From Mobula hypostoma (lineage: Eukaryota), in the NCBI RefSeq assembly GCF_963921235.1, contig NC_086097.1, positions 154,258,001 to 154,322,000 of the forward strand: 64,000 bases of DNA, read 5' to 3'. The notes beneath the pieces were generated by a model. The model was given only the letters and a program-made list of their open reading frames with translations. It was not told the origin of the DNA and did no database searches. Numbering within the stretch: position 1 is the first letter of the stretch; every line of letters begins with the position of its first letter. The translations under genes were made by a program, and so were the position numbers. Shown one piece after another: positions 38,022-51,444 of the stretch.

Positions 38022-39485
38022 TCAGAATCAGAATCCTTTATTATCGCCAAGTATGTGGACACATACAGGGAATTTGATGCCAGTTTCCCTGAGCTCTCGC
38101 TGTACAGAATCAAAAAGCAAACAAAACAATAGTGCAAATAATCGTGAACTATATACAATGAGGTATACCTGTGTATGTACAGGCGGATTTGGTTTATAGT
38201 GGACTAAAATTCAAGTGTTCATAAGACTGATGGCATACGGAAAGAAACTGTTCTTGTACCTATTTGTCCTGGCATACAGTGATCTAAAGTGCCTACCAGA
38301 AGGAAGGAGTTGGAACAGGTGATGTCCAGGGTGTGATGGATCTATAATGATGCTGCTTGCTCGCTTCCTGACTCTAGGTGCATATAAGTCCTAGATCGAG
38401 GGCAGCTTCACACCAATAATCCTTTCCTCAGCCCTGATGGTTCTTTGGAGTCTCTTCTTGTCTTGTTTGGTAGCTGATCCAAACCAGACAGTGATGGACA
38501 AACAGAGAACAGACTGGATTATTCCTGAATATAATTGAATCAGCAGCTCCTGAGGCAGGTTGTACTTCCTGAGTTGACGTAGGAAATACAACCTCTGCTG
38601 AGCCTTTTTGATAAGAGTGTCCGCGTTGGGTGTCCACTTCAGGTCCTGGGAGATTGTGACACACAGAAACCTGAAGGTCTCCACAGCAGGCACAATACTG
38701 TTGAGTATAGTGAGTGGGGGGAGTATTGGGGGGCTCCTCCTGAAGTCCACTGTCATCTCCACAGTCTTAGGCGTATTTAGCTCCAGATTGTTCTGACCAT
38801 ACCAGAGGGCCAGCTGTTCCACTACCCGTCTGTATGCAGACTCATCACCGTCTCGGATGAGGCCAATGACAGTTGTGTCGTCTGCAAACTTCAGGAGTTT
38901 AACAGATGGATCCTGTGAGGTCCAGTCATTAGTGTAAAGGGAGAAGAGCAGTAGGGAGAGCACACATCCCTGGGGGACACCGGTACCGATTGTCCGGGTG
39001 CTAGAAATGATGCTCCCCAGCCTCACTTGCTGCACCTTGTCAGTCAGGAAGCTTGTCATCCACTAACAGATGGCGGGGGAGACAGTGAGCGGGGTAAGTT
39101 TGGAGTGGAGGATTTCTGGGACGATGGTGTTGAACGCCGAGCTGAAATCAACAAACAGGACCCTCGCAGAAGTTCCTGGGTTGTCAAGGTGTTGTAGTAT
39201 GTAATGCAGTCCCATGTTGACTGCATCATCCACTGACCTATTTGCCCGATAAGCAAACTGCAGGGGGTCCAGCAGGGGGCCTGTGATGTCCTTCAGGTGA
39301 GCCAACACTAGTCTCTCAAAGGACTTCATGATCACAGATGTCAAGGCAACAGGCCTGTAGTCATTTAGTCCCTTGATAGTGGGTTTCTTGATCCTGCGTG
39401 CAAGTACAAGAGGGTTGAAGTGGAGGGGGGTAGGGGGAGCAGTTTTTGTAATGTGGGGTGAGAAAGCGGATACTGAGATGTCTCT
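38022..39485 (-). mobile_element. Young Rex1-like LINE; RT nearly intact (ORFs 39063-39524 and 38391-39059)
   Basis: LNDYRPVALTSVIMKSFERL, FVDFSSAFNTI, GVPQGCVLS, KFADDTTVIGLI. (GATTCT)n tail. Confidence 0.92.
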
Positions 39486-41492
39486 TACTTGGCCTCCATT
39501 GCTGTCTGTGCCAGTCAGTTCCACAGATTCACCAACCTCTGGCTGAAGAAGTTCCTTTTCATCTCTGTTCTAAATGAACATCCCTCTATTCTGAGGCTGT
39601 GCCCTCTGATCTTAGGCATCCTCACTGTAGTGAACATCCTTCCCACCTTCACTCTGTCTAGGCTTTTCAATATCCAGTGGCTTTCAATGAGATCCCACCT
39701 TATTCTTCTAAAATTTTAGCGAGTACACATCCAAAGCCATTAAACCCTCCTTTTAAGAAATCATTCTCATGAACTTCCTCTGGACCCTTTCCTATGCCAG
39801 CACATCTTTTCTTAGATAAGAGGCCAAAAACTGCTCACAATAGTCTGTATGGTCTGACTAATGCCTTATAAAGCCTCAGACATGACATCCTTGCTCTTAT
39901 ATTCTAGTCCCCTCAAAATGAATGATATCTTTGCATTTACTTTCCTTACCACTGACACAACCTGCAAATTAACCTTTAGGAAATCCTACACAAGGACTCC
40001 AAAGTCCCTTTACACCTCAGATTTTTCAAATTTCTCCCTGTTTAGAAAATAGTCTACACCTTTCTTCCTTACACAAAAGTGCATGACCATATACTTCTCT
40101 ACATTATATTCCATCTGCCACTTTGCATATTCTTCCAATCTGGCCAAGTCCTTCTGCAGACTGTCTGTTGCCTCAACACTACCTGACCCTCCACCTATCT
40201 TTTTATTATCTGTAAACTTGATAACAAAGCCATCAATTCCTTCATCCAAATCGTTGACATAAAATGTGAAAAGAAGCGGTTCCAATATTAACTCCTGCTG
40301 AACACCAAATGTCATTGGCAGCCAACCAGAATAGGCCCCCTTTATTCCCACTCTTTGCCCAGTTAGCCAATCCTCTATCCATGCTAGCATCTTTCCTGTA
40401 ATACCACAGGTTTTATTTTGTTAAGCAGCCTCATTGTGCAGCACCTTCTAAAAGGCCTTCTGAAAATCCAAGTAAACAACAGTAAATGTCTTCCCTTTGT
40501 CCATCTTGCCTGTTATACCCTCAACAATTTCCAACAGATTTGTCAGGCAAGATTTCCCCTGAAGGAAACCATACTGACTTTGGTCCTCTTCATCATGAGC
40601 CTCCAATTATTCCAAATCCTCACCCTTAATAATGGACTCCAACATCTTCCAAACCACAATAGTCAGACTAACTGGCCTATAATTTCCTTTCCTCTGTCTC
40701 CTGTTCTTCTTAAAGAGTGGTGTGACATTTGCATATTTTCAGTCCTCTGGAACCATTCCAGAATCTAGTGATTCTTGAAAGATCATTACTAATGCCTCCA
40801 CAATCTCTTCAGCCACCTCTTTCTGAACCCTGGGCTGTAGTCCTCCTTTTCCAGGTGACTTATCTACCTTTAGACCTTTCAGCTACCCAAGCACCTTCTC
40901 ATTCGTAATGGCAACTACACTCACTAATGCCCATTGACACTCTAGAACTTCTGGCATACTGCTAGTGTCATACAAAGTGTCAAATGACACAAAATACTTA
41001 TGAAGTTCATCCAACATTTCTGTGTTCCCAATCACTACCTCTCTAGTGTCATTTTCCAGTGGTCCAATATCCACTCTTGCCTCTCTTTTACTTTTTATAT
41101 ATATGAAAAGCTTTTGGTATCCTAGAGTCATAGAGTCGTAGAAAAGTACAGGTCAGAAACAGGCCCTTTGGCCCATCTAGTCCATATCAAACCATTTAAA
41201 CTGCCTACTCCCACTGACCTTCACATGGACCATAGTCCTGCATACCCCTACCATCCATGTATCTATCCAAACTTCTCTTAAATGTTCAAATCGAGCTTGC
41301 ATGCACCACTGGCTGCTAGTAGTTCATTCCACACTCTCACGACCCTGTCCCCCTCATGATCCCCTTATACTTTTCACCTTTCACCCTTAACCTATGACCC
41401 CTAGTTGTAGTTCCACACAATCACAGTGGAAAAAGCTTGCTTATATTTATCCTATATATACCCTTCTTAAAGGTTATATATACCCTTCATAA

Positions 41493-42084
41493 AAGGTTGT
41501 TGTAATGCCTCTAGTATGGGAGTGTACTGGGTAGTGCTTGTCACTCTCACTTTCAGCTTTTGCAAAAAGGAAAGCTGAATGTGTAAGTCTTTCCCAGCTG
41601 ATACATAGTTTCTCCAATTGCAAGCTTCATGTAGTGCCTCCTTGCTGGCCGCACACAGAAACTGAGCTCCTTTTGGACTCAGGCTGAACTACAGAGGAGG
41701 GGGAGGAGGTTTAGTCCCTGCACATTTAACATATAGGCCTACCGGTGTGTGGAGACACCCTGGTGCTTGTGAACCAGATCATCAGTAATGGATAAATAGC
41801 CCCACTGCCTCGTTGGAAGCCTTGGGAGAGACAAAGGCTGCGGGAGTAAACCCAGGCAGCAAATCTGGAGTGGACCTCCTAAGGCAGCCGGACATCACTG
41901 AGCATCCCCCCGGCAGCTCCTGCAGCCAAGCTGCTGCCAGACATATTCTTTCTTAAGCTTTCCTTTGTACTACCCGGTGAGGCCGAGTGGAGGATCTTGA
42001 AGTCTGGGCATCTTTCGCCCAAGCTTGTGATGATGATCATCATCACCCACTGTCCTTCGGGACAGACAGATGCAACCAACCCCA
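41493..42084 (+). mobile_element. Non-coding insertion of about 590 bp, probably a non-autonomous RTE-related retroposon
   Basis: Interrupts the inner CR1. CATAA at both junctions, CAAC-repeat tail, no ORF. The family assignment is tentative. Confidence 0.45.
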
Positions 42085-42126
42085 CATAATTTTGTATACC
42101 TCTTATCAAATGTCCCCCAATCTTCC

Positions 42127-42260
42127 GTCCTGACGAAGGGTCTCGGCCTGAATCGTCGACTGCACCTCTTCCTAGAGATGCTGCCTGGCCTGCTGCGTTC
42201 ACCAGCAACTTTTATGTGTGTTGCTTGAATTTCCAGCATCTGCAGAATTCCTGTTGTTTC
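42127..42260 (+). mobile_element. 134-bp PLE insert starting at a hammerhead motif
   Basis: Begins GTC-CTGACGA-AGGGTCTCGGCCT-GAATCGTC-GAC. Exact 13-bp TSD CCCCCAATCTTCC at 42114-42126 and 42261-42273. Confidence 0.85.
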
Positions 42261-44715
42261 CCCCCAATCTTCCTTGTTCCAAGGAATACAGTCCTAACCC
42301 ATTCAACCTTTCCTTATAACTCAGGCTCTCCAGTCCCAGCAACATCCTTGTAAATTTTTGCAATACTCTTTCAACCATACTTACCTCTTTCCTGCGGGTA
42401 GTTGACTAAAACTACACACAATACTCCAAATTAGGCCTCACTAACATCACATAAAACTTCAAAATAACATCCAATCTCCTATACTCAATACGTTGATTTA
42501 TGAAGGCCAATGTACCAAAAACTTTCTTTACGATCCTATCTACCCGTTTCACCACTTTCAATGAATTATGGAGCTATATTCTGCACAACTCAGTGCCCGA
42601 CCATTTACTGTGTAAGATCCACCCTGCTTCGTCCTACTGACGGGCAACACCTCACACTTGTCTGCATTAAATTCCATCTGGCATTTATTGGCCCATTTTC
42701 CCAGCTGGTCCAGATCCTATTGCAAGCCATAAGCTCTCGAAAAACTCAACAAGATTGGTAAGACGTGGATTATCACGCACAAAGACTACTCCTAATCAAT
42801 CCCTGTCTATACAAATACCCATATACCCAGTCCCTTAGAATACCTTCCAACACCCTTCCCACTACTGAAGTTAAGCTCACTAGCCTATGATTTCCTGGTT
42901 TATTTTTAGATTCTTTCTTAAACAACGGAACAATATAAGCTATCCTTCAATTCTCCAGTACCTCACTTATCACTCAGGATGATTTAAATATTTCTGCTAG
43001 GGCCCCTTCAATTTCTGCACTTGTCTCCCACAGGGTCTGAGGAAAACACCCTGGGGATTTACCCACCATAATTTGCCTCAAGACAGCAAACACCCCCTCC
43101 TCTGTAATCTTTATAAGGTTCATGAACTCACTGCTTTTTCCCTTCCTTCTATCGACTGTGTCTGTCTCCTGAGCAAAAAAAAACATTTAATATCTCCCCC
43201 ACCTCCTTTGGCTCCACACATAATTTACCTTTCTGATCTTCCAAAGGACCAATTTGTCCTTTGGGATCCTTCTGCTCTTAATAGAGCCATAAGATCCCTT
43301 CGATTCTCCTTCACCATGTCTGCTAGTGCAGCCTCATGTCTTTGTTTAGCCCTCTTGATTTTTTTCTTAAGAGTTCTCTTGCATTTCTTACACTCCTCAT
43401 TTGTTCCCATCTGTCTTTTCCCTCTATGCACTTTGTTTTTTACCCTTAACTAGGGCCTCAATATCTCTTGAAAACCAAGGTTCCCTAAACCTGTTATCTT
43501 TACCTTTTATTCTGACAGCCACATCCTAGCCTTGTACTCTCAGGATTTCACTTTTGAAGGCCACCCACTTTCCATGTACAACATTGCCAGAGAACAGCTT
43601 TTCCCAATCCACACTTGCCAGATCCTTCCTGATACCGTCAAAATTGGCCTTTCTCCAACTTAGAATCTCAACCCACAAACCAGACCTATCTTTTTGCATA
43701 TTTACTTTGAAAATAATGGCAGTATAGTCACTAGCTGTGAAGCATTCCCCTACACAAACTTCTGTCACTTGCCCTGTCTCATTCCCTAATAACAGATCAA
43801 GTATCACAACTTTCATGTTGGATTTCCATGTACTGATTAAGGAAACTTTCCTGAACACATTTAATAAATCCTATTCCATCTATGTCTTTTACAATATAGG
43901 AGTCCCAGTCAATATGTGGAAAGTTCAAATCACCTACTATCATAACCTTATGTTTCTTGGAACAGTGTGCAATCTCTCTACAAATTTATTGCTCTAAATC
44001 CCGCGGACCACTGGATGGTCTATAATATAGCCTCATTAACGTGGTCAAACTCCTCAGTTTCACAGATGAAGCCTCACTCCAGTCTGTCCTGTCTGAGCAC
44101 TGCCATGACATTTTCCCTGACTAGTAATGCTGCCCCCCCCCCTTAAATCCCTCCCACTCTATCGCATCTAAAACAAGGTCATCCTGGAATATTGAGCTGC
44201 CAGTCTTGTCCCTCATACAACCAAGTCTCACTAATGACCTCTCCACTATATGCTCTGACACCCTGCAACACTAGTTCAAAGCACCTTGTACAGCACTAGC
44301 AAACCTTCCGGTTAGGATATCCTCTTTGATAATTTTGGCTACTTAACTTTCAAATTTCAGCTTTCCACTCTTTATGTTTTTTTTAGTTGCCTTCTGTTGA
44401 ATTTTAAAAACGTCCTAATCCTCTAGGCTCCCACTATTTTTGGTACATTATATGCCCTTTCATTTGCTTTTATGCTTTCCTTGTCAGCCACATCCTCTCT
44501 TTAGAATACTTCTTCATCCTTGAGATGTATCTTTCCTGCAACTTCCGAATTTTCCCCAAAATCACCAGCCATTGCTGTTCTAGTATCATCCCTGCTAGTT
44601 TCTACTTCCAATCGCCTTTGGCCAGTTCCTTTCTCATTCCGCACTAATGACCTCTCCACTATCTGTTCTGGCACTCTAGGTCTCATCCCCCGCAACTCTA
44701 CTTCAGAGCACCTTT

Positions 44716-44808
44716 TCATCATTGTTATGTACTATATCTTTCCATGACCATTATTACTCTTGGCAATTTTTATTTACAGAAGTGGTTTGCCATTGCCTTC
44801 TTCTGGGT
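44716..44808 (-). mobile_element. RTE-type SINE 3' tail
   Basis: Minus strand CCCAGAAGAAGGCAATGGCAAACCACTTCTGTA resembles the BovB/Bov-A-type motif GAGAAGGAAATGGCAACCCACTCCAGTA. Confidence 0.55.
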
Positions 44809-45099
44809 GGTGTAATTCCCTTTACTCTGCTGTAATACTGATACATCTCAATTTATCTTCTCTTTCTCAAAATGCTGGGTGAATTCTGTCATATTAAGTT
44901 CATTGGCTCCTAAGGGTTCCTCTACCTGAAGCTCCCTACTCAAATCTGGTTCATTACACAACATCTAATCCAGAATTTGCCTTTCTCCTAGTGGGCTCAA
45001 CCAAGATCTACTCTAAAAAGCAATCTCATAAAAATTCCCTCTCTTGGGATCCAGCACCAACCTGCTTTTCCCAATCTAGCTGTATATTGACTATCTACT

Positions 45100-45660
45100 G
45101 ATTGGGCTTATTTTAGACCAATGGGAAGTAGGTTTGTTTTTTAGGCCAAGTTGTTAGGCTTAGTTTAGAACTTTTGGGAGTAAATTTGTAATGTTTCAAA
45201 CCATTTCTTCTCTGCTCTTTTTTTTTTGAAGGTTTGACTAGTCTATATTAGTTTCCAGGCCCAAGATGTCCAAAGACTTTATCCCATGGAGTTTTAGTGT
45301 GATGATGCCCTGAAGGTGTGTTTGGGATAATGGCTGCTTATGTGGAGGAGGGTTTAGGAGTCTTAATTTTTGAAAAATGCCTCAATGACTTAGCTTCTGG
45401 CTCCCATTTTCTGGTTCTAATTTAAATACAATGGTGTCCAGGAAATCAATTTTCTCCCTACTTGTGTGTTAGGTCATCCTCATACCAGGCATCAGCTCAT
45501 TACTTAGGGGCTCTGTGGATGTACTTTAGTGGTGACTTGTTTTCTGTGGTCCCAGTTTGGGTTTAACCTTCTGCTTCCTTCTTGCCTCCTTGGTGTCTTG
45601 GCACGCCACTTTTGGATAGGATGTCATTACGCAGGCAGTGGAAAAATTATCCCTCTTGTG
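45100..45660 (-). mobile_element. Degenerate fragment of a second, possibly PLE-type, retroelement family
   Basis: Minus strand SREKIDFLDT (PLE-like RT motif) near 45435-45465. TTAGGCC-type repeats are shared with 37829-37860. Confidence 0.4.
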
Positions 45661-47046
45661 TTTGTCCATCCTGATTGCAGTTTACATACTGTCAAAAGCA
45701 GGATGTAAAACAATCACTCGATGTATTGAATGCCACAATTAGCAAACAAGAAACAGCTTACCCTGACACCTTTCAAATTATTGTTGGGGACTTCAATCAG
45801 GCTTGTTTGAAGAAATCTCTGCCCAATTATCATCAACACATCACCCACAGCCCCCATCGACCCAGTGAAATCAGCCCCTGATGCTGATGTGAGAGCATCC
45901 TTCAGGAAGGTGAACCAGCCTAGTCCTGTGCTGATCAACTGACTGGAGAGATCCATAACCTCTCACTTCGGCAGTGTGAGGTACCACCAGCTTTAACCAA
46001 GCTTCAATTATACTGGTGCCTCAGAAGAAAGTGCTGACCTGCCTTAATGACTATCATCCAGTATCCACTTATATCCACTGTGATGAAGTGCTTTGAGAGG
46101 TTTGTGATGAAAAATATTAACTCCTACTTGAAAAATGACTTGGATCCACTCCAATTTGCCTACTGTTACAACAGGTTAACAGCAGACACCATTTCATTGC
46201 CTCTTCCCTCAACACTGGAACATCTGGACAGTGAAGATGCATACATCAGGATGCTTTCCATTGACTATAACTTGGCATTCAATGCATTATCCTCTCAAAA
46301 CTAATCAATAAGCTCCTAGACCATGGCTTCAATACCTCCTTGTGCAATACCTCATCTATTTCCTCACTTGCGGACTCCAATCAATTTGGCTCGGCAACAA
46401 CATCCATCAGTACAAGTGCACGACAAGGCTGCGTGCTTTGGCCCTCCTCCACTCAAGTTACACTTAAAGCTGTGAGACTAGACACAGCTCCAATGCCATG
46501 CTTAAGGTTACTGATGACACCACTGTTGTTGGCTGAATAATGGGTGGTGACGAATAGGTGGGAGGTTGAAAATCTGCGGAGGTGGTGACATGACGATAAC
46601 CTCTCACTCAGTGTCAGCAAGACCAAGAAAATGATTATTGATCTCAGGAGTAGGAGACTGAAGGTCCATGAGCCAGTCTACATCCAGGGATCAGAAGTGG
46701 AGAGAGTCAGCAGCTTTAAATTCCTCTGTGTTATCATTTCAGAGGATCTGTCCTGTGTGCAGCACACAAGTGCCTTTCTGAAGAAAGCACAGCAGAGCCT
46801 CCACTTTCTTAGAAGTTTGCAAATATTTAGCATGTCATCTAAAACTGATAAGGTTCTGTAGAACTGTGGTGGAGAGAATATTGACTGGTTGCATAATAGC
46901 TTGTTATGGAAACACCAGTGCCCTTGAACAAAAAAGCCTACAAAAAATAATGGATACAGCTCACTCCATCACAGGTAAAACCCTCCCCAGCATTGAGTAC
47001 ATCTACATGGAGCGTTGTCACAGGAAAGCAGCATCCACCAACAAGG

Positions 47047-47380
47047 AACACACATAAAAATTGCTGGTGAACGCAGCAGGCCAGGCAGCATCTATAGGAA
47101 GAGGTACAGTCGACATTTCGGGCCGAGACCCTTCGTCAGGACTAACTGAAAGAAGAGATAATAAGAGAAATCAATGTTCATGCCATCAGGTTGGAAGCTA
47201 CCCAGATGGAATATAAGGTGTTGTTCCTCCAACCTGAGTGTGGCTTCATCTTTACAGTAGAGGAGGCTGTGGATAGACGTATCAGAATAGGGATGGGACG
47301 TGGAATTAAAATGTGTGGCCACTGGGAGGTCCTGCTTTCTCTGGCGGACAGAGGACCTACTCCCCCTCCCCCAACCCACC
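47047..47380 (-). mobile_element. PLE fragment (GIY-YIG tail and pLTR end) nested in the Rex1-like LINE
   Basis: DLPVATHFNSTSH..LEEQHLIFHLGSFQPDGMNIDFS, joined directly to the hammerhead-bearing end. Confidence 0.85.
47107..47144 (-). ncRNA. Hammerhead motif; core intact, stem III palindrome altered
   Basis: UAGUC CUGACGA A GGG-UCUCGG-CCC GAAA UGUC GACUG. Confidence 0.7.
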
Positions 47381-49889
47381 CAACCACCCATCCAGAATAT
47401 GCTCTCTTCTTGCTGCTGCCAGCAGGAAGAAGATCCTGAAGCCTAACCCTACTGAGCCACCATGTTCAGGAACAATTATTACCCCTCAACCATCAACCTT
47501 AACCTTTCAAGGACACTTCATCTCATTCTCAATGATTATTCCTCATTTATATAATAATGTTTATTATTAACAATAATAATAATATTTCCTATTTTTGTAT
47601 TTGCAGTTTGTTGTTTGTTCCTTATTTGCACATTAATTGTTTTCTGCCCTGTTAGGTGCGGTCTTTCATTGATTCCATTGTGTTTCTTGAATTTACAGTG
47701 ATTGCCTGCAAGAAAATAAAACTCAGGGCTGTATATCGTGACATTTATGTATTTTGATAATAAATTTACTTTGAACTTTAGAACCTGTGAGTTGCTGGCC
47801 AGCAGAGGCAGATCAAACAATGCTACAGTATACTGTTTATAGTACTGACCTGAAATCTTGCACCCAGAAAACTATGCAAGAGAAGCTAGAAAGTTGGATA
47901 TGAACAAGAGGTTGTACATTTGATTTAAAGTCTACACCAAGAAAACAGCTTTCACTAAGAATAATATAGATGCAAATTTGACAATGAGACCAAATTAAAA
48001 TCTGTCTGAGTCTCCACTCAACTGGTATCCAATGATAATCTGTTGCAGACTGTCTGCATGCACACTGAGTAAGAAATGGCAATCTTTTGGTGTAATCCTC
48101 TGAAAAACAGAATGCTTGCTGTTCTGCCTTGAACATGAGAATGTTTGATGTTATTTTTGAAATTTATTCCAGGCAAGGTTAGAATGATCAGTGTTCATGA
48201 AGTTCATAAACCAGGCTTCTGCATTTTCTCTGTTTTCCAAACTCCCTTCTTCCATTTACTTAATTGATCTCACTTCAGACCTGGATTCTGATTGTTATCC
48301 AACTCCTCCCCATCAACTTACTCAATCGTCAATAGAACTTGATATCTTAACTGCTTACCTACCCACTCAGACTTCAACAAGGTCTGTAGGCACCAAATTC
48401 CCTGAACTTTCAGTAGTCAAATTCACTTACGACCAATCCATTTTCTCTCATAAAAATATGTAAAGCCTATTCAGTAGTAATTAAGACTCAAGTTACTACT
48501 GAATGCAGAATGTCATTAAACTAACCACATTGTACACTCACTATTTTGCTCTTGAAATTCTAGGGACACACACTGGGGACCCAGAGCCTCATTTCTTATG
48601 CATACTCTTCAGAGGCTCTGCATTAAGCATTTACTTACATTTAAGCCTTTATCTTGTTTCTTACTTCACAAATAAATTGACCCATAAGTATATCATTAGC
48701 AATGGTAATGTCACTGAGCAACACATTTTCTCTGTTTTACATTTATATGGCCTGGAAGTTACCTGCCACTGATCATCTCATGGCTGAGTATCGTCTAGGT
48801 TTTGCCACGTGCAGGCATGGAGTTGCGAATGGCATGGGATATTCTCTCCATTTCTGATGTTGAATCAGCTTGGATCTAAGACTCTATCGGATGAACGTCC
48901 ACAATGACATTTTGGGACTTTTTTGACCTTCAACAACTATTCTTTGTTCAAGGAGTTGTCTCATGGTGTTGCTCAATCACACCCCCGAGGTTCTTTCGGA
49001 GTTCCTATATCTAACCACTTGTTTCCATCACCTCCCGGGAATCCTGCCCTTCCTATATTACTGGGTCGAGTCATGAGCCTGCCGTCCACAGCTCCTGGGT
49101 TGAGTTGGCGCCTGCAACCTTCATGACAGAGAAAGCTGTCCTCCAAGAGCACACCATGACACTAGAGAGAGCTCCCTTGTGCCAAATGTATTGATGGTGT
49201 ACCTTCCTTTGGTATTTTCTGTTCTTTATTCTGGAATATCTATATACTTCAAAAGCAAATGCCTACCAAGGTAAAGCAACTCTTCCAGATTAGCAACCAT
49301 TACTCCCCACAAATAGTTCCCATTAATCAAATTTTTATTTAATTGCTAATTTATTTTACCCAATTTACTTTAAATTTTACAACAGTCCTCTTGCCAAACA
49401 CCTTAACAATAATTTTCTGAGTTTCCACATGCATTAAACCAATTGCTGTCAAAATGCTTATTTAAATATGTCAAACAATGCTGGCCTTTTAATCAATGTT
49501 GACTGTCCTCAGATAAATTTATGCATTCCAATTTTATCTTACATTATGCTTTAGAAAGCTTGTCTAAAATGATGTTCTTGGAATACAGCATACACTTCAG
49601 ATTCTCCTTTGTGAAATTAGTTGGGCAGGCATTTATTCATCATATCTAACTGGAGTCTCACCTCCTTATTTTCTTGGCAAGTGTATTGTTCTAGCCAGCA
49701 TTTTAAAGCACACTTCATCAGACTAACCATGCTTATTCATTTGAAGAATGGGTATTTTTAATTGCTTATATATTAATTGCTGGAGATTTCCTCTTCAATA
49801 TATCCTATTTTGATTCTCATCCATAATCAATAGGTACAATATAATCCATAAAATTGTATGGTAATGCCACAAGTACATTCTATATAGTA

Positions 49890-50230
49890 TCACAGGCTGC
49901 ATACTAGTTCAGCCTTTGGCACTACTGCCTCACAGCTTCAGCCACCTAGGTTCAGATCTGACTTCTGATAGTGTTTATGGGGGGTATTCAGATAGGCTTG
50001 CCTGGCTACTCCTGTTTACTCAAACATCACAATGGTGTGTTTGGTAGGCTAATTACGGGCTGAAGGATCTGTTTATATGGAGAATCCCTCTCTCCCTTTA
50101 TGACCGTAAATTGTTCCAAGTGTAGGAGGCAGCAGGAAAATCAATGGAAGGGGAACAGTGGGGATGTTGCCAGTAAAAACAGGATTAATACCGATAAATG
50201 GTCAATAATTGTTGTGGATACAATGGGCCA
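49890..50230 (+). mobile_element. Degenerate V-SINE
   Basis: ACTACTGCCTCACAGC..CCTAGGTTCAGATCTGAC tRNA-like head and V-domain remnants. Confidence 0.55.
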
Positions 50231-50499
50231 AAGAAACTGCATCCATGTTCTATCACCATTTTGTCTATCCATATATTATGATCTCCATACTAAAGCACAA
50301 TGCATTAAAATCTTATTTTCCAGTATCGGAAAAGAACATTGGTTTTCCCAATTTACTTTATTTTTGGACTGTCTGCTTGAGGACAACCAAAGCCAAAGAA
50401 CCCATAGTTCCCTTCCCAAAATTATTTCTGGAGCCTCCACAGTAAATGGACACAAGTTCCCAGAGGAATCTATACCCTATTCAGTGATCTAATTCATTC

Positions 50500-51112
50500 T
50501 CATCACGGTATCGTATTGAAATTGCAACTTGACCAGGAAAATATTGCAAGATACTTAATGGAACTATTGCCAAGAAAACATTTCCCGTACAGCCACATTG
50601 AGATATAGTCAGAAAAGTGATCAAAAGATGTAATTTATAAGCAGAGGCATGAAAATAGAGAACAAATTCTAGAAATTGGGCTGAGATTCTGAGGTTATGA
50701 AGGAGACACAACTGTTTGATGGCTCTGGATGTGTACTTGATGGAATTCAGATGGATGAGGGGTATTTCTTTGAAACCTACTGAATACTGAAGGACCTGGA
50801 TAAAGTGGACATAAAAAGGATGTTTCCATTTGTAGGAGTGTCTAAGATCTGACAACTCAGCCTCAGAATAAAGAGGTATTGCTTTAAAACTGAAACTAAG
50901 AGGGGTCTCTTCATCCAGAGGATGGTGAATCTGTGGAATTTGTTGCCACAGTGGAAGGTGAAGGCCGCGTCATTGGTGCATTATAGCCGAGATTGATATG
51001 TTCTTGTTTGGTACTGTGGTTAAGGATTACAAGCAGAAAATCATTCATTATTGAGCAGACCTAATGAGTCAAAAGGCTTAATTCTGCTCCTATTTTTAAT
51101 GGTCTTATAGTC
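50500..51112 (+). mobile_element. Old CR1 3' fragment
   Basis: RMVNLWNLLP motif and 3' UTR GGCTTAATTCTGCTCCTAT..GGTCTTAT. Confidence 0.7.
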
Positions 51113-51444
51113 TTAAGGCGTGGTTGCCAAAGGTGGGTGAACATTGGAGAGGTGCAAGAGACCTGAAGAAAAGGGGTGTGCAGAAATCGGGCGGGATTAT
51201 AGAAATGAAAGTTACAGTTAGATAAGAGCAAAGTCACAGACACATTAGAAAACAAGAATGAGGATTGTAAAACCTAGGCTGAGAGGTAGGATATTATAAC
51301 AATGAAAATGGTAACTTCAAATTGAGTGAACAGGAAAATGAATGAATCAGTCAGTAGGAAAAGTACCAACTGTGATCTCGCTGTGACAACAGTTTAACAG
51401 AAATGGAATACTGTGCTCTGCTCTTGGCAGTAAAGAAAATCTTG

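Larger units (their letters stand above)
41124..44317 (-). mobile_element. Inner CR1 LINE, internally deleted
   Basis: Octamer tail (CTATGACT on minus) at 41124 and ILDLLLGNE..QVTEVCVGE endonuclease remnant. TATCCT at both junctions (41118-41123 and 44318-44323). Confidence 0.8.
37862..45090 (-). mobile_element. Outer CR1 LINE in three pieces (37862-38022, 39486-41123, 44324-45090)
   Basis: The pieces are colinear in CR1 order (3' UTR, RT with LAWIEDWL and KFTDNKKIGG, linker, endonuclease) around the nested insertions. Confidence 0.75.
45676..47780 (+). mobile_element. Internally deleted Rex1-like LINE
   Basis: IVGDFNQACLK (endonuclease), VMKCFERFV..LDPLQFAY, EVERVSSFKFL, and a family 3' tail. 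Confidence 0.85.

Noticed and set aside
48990..49170. Possible Deu-domain SINE remnant on minus
   Set aside because: Similarity is too weak to support by eye.
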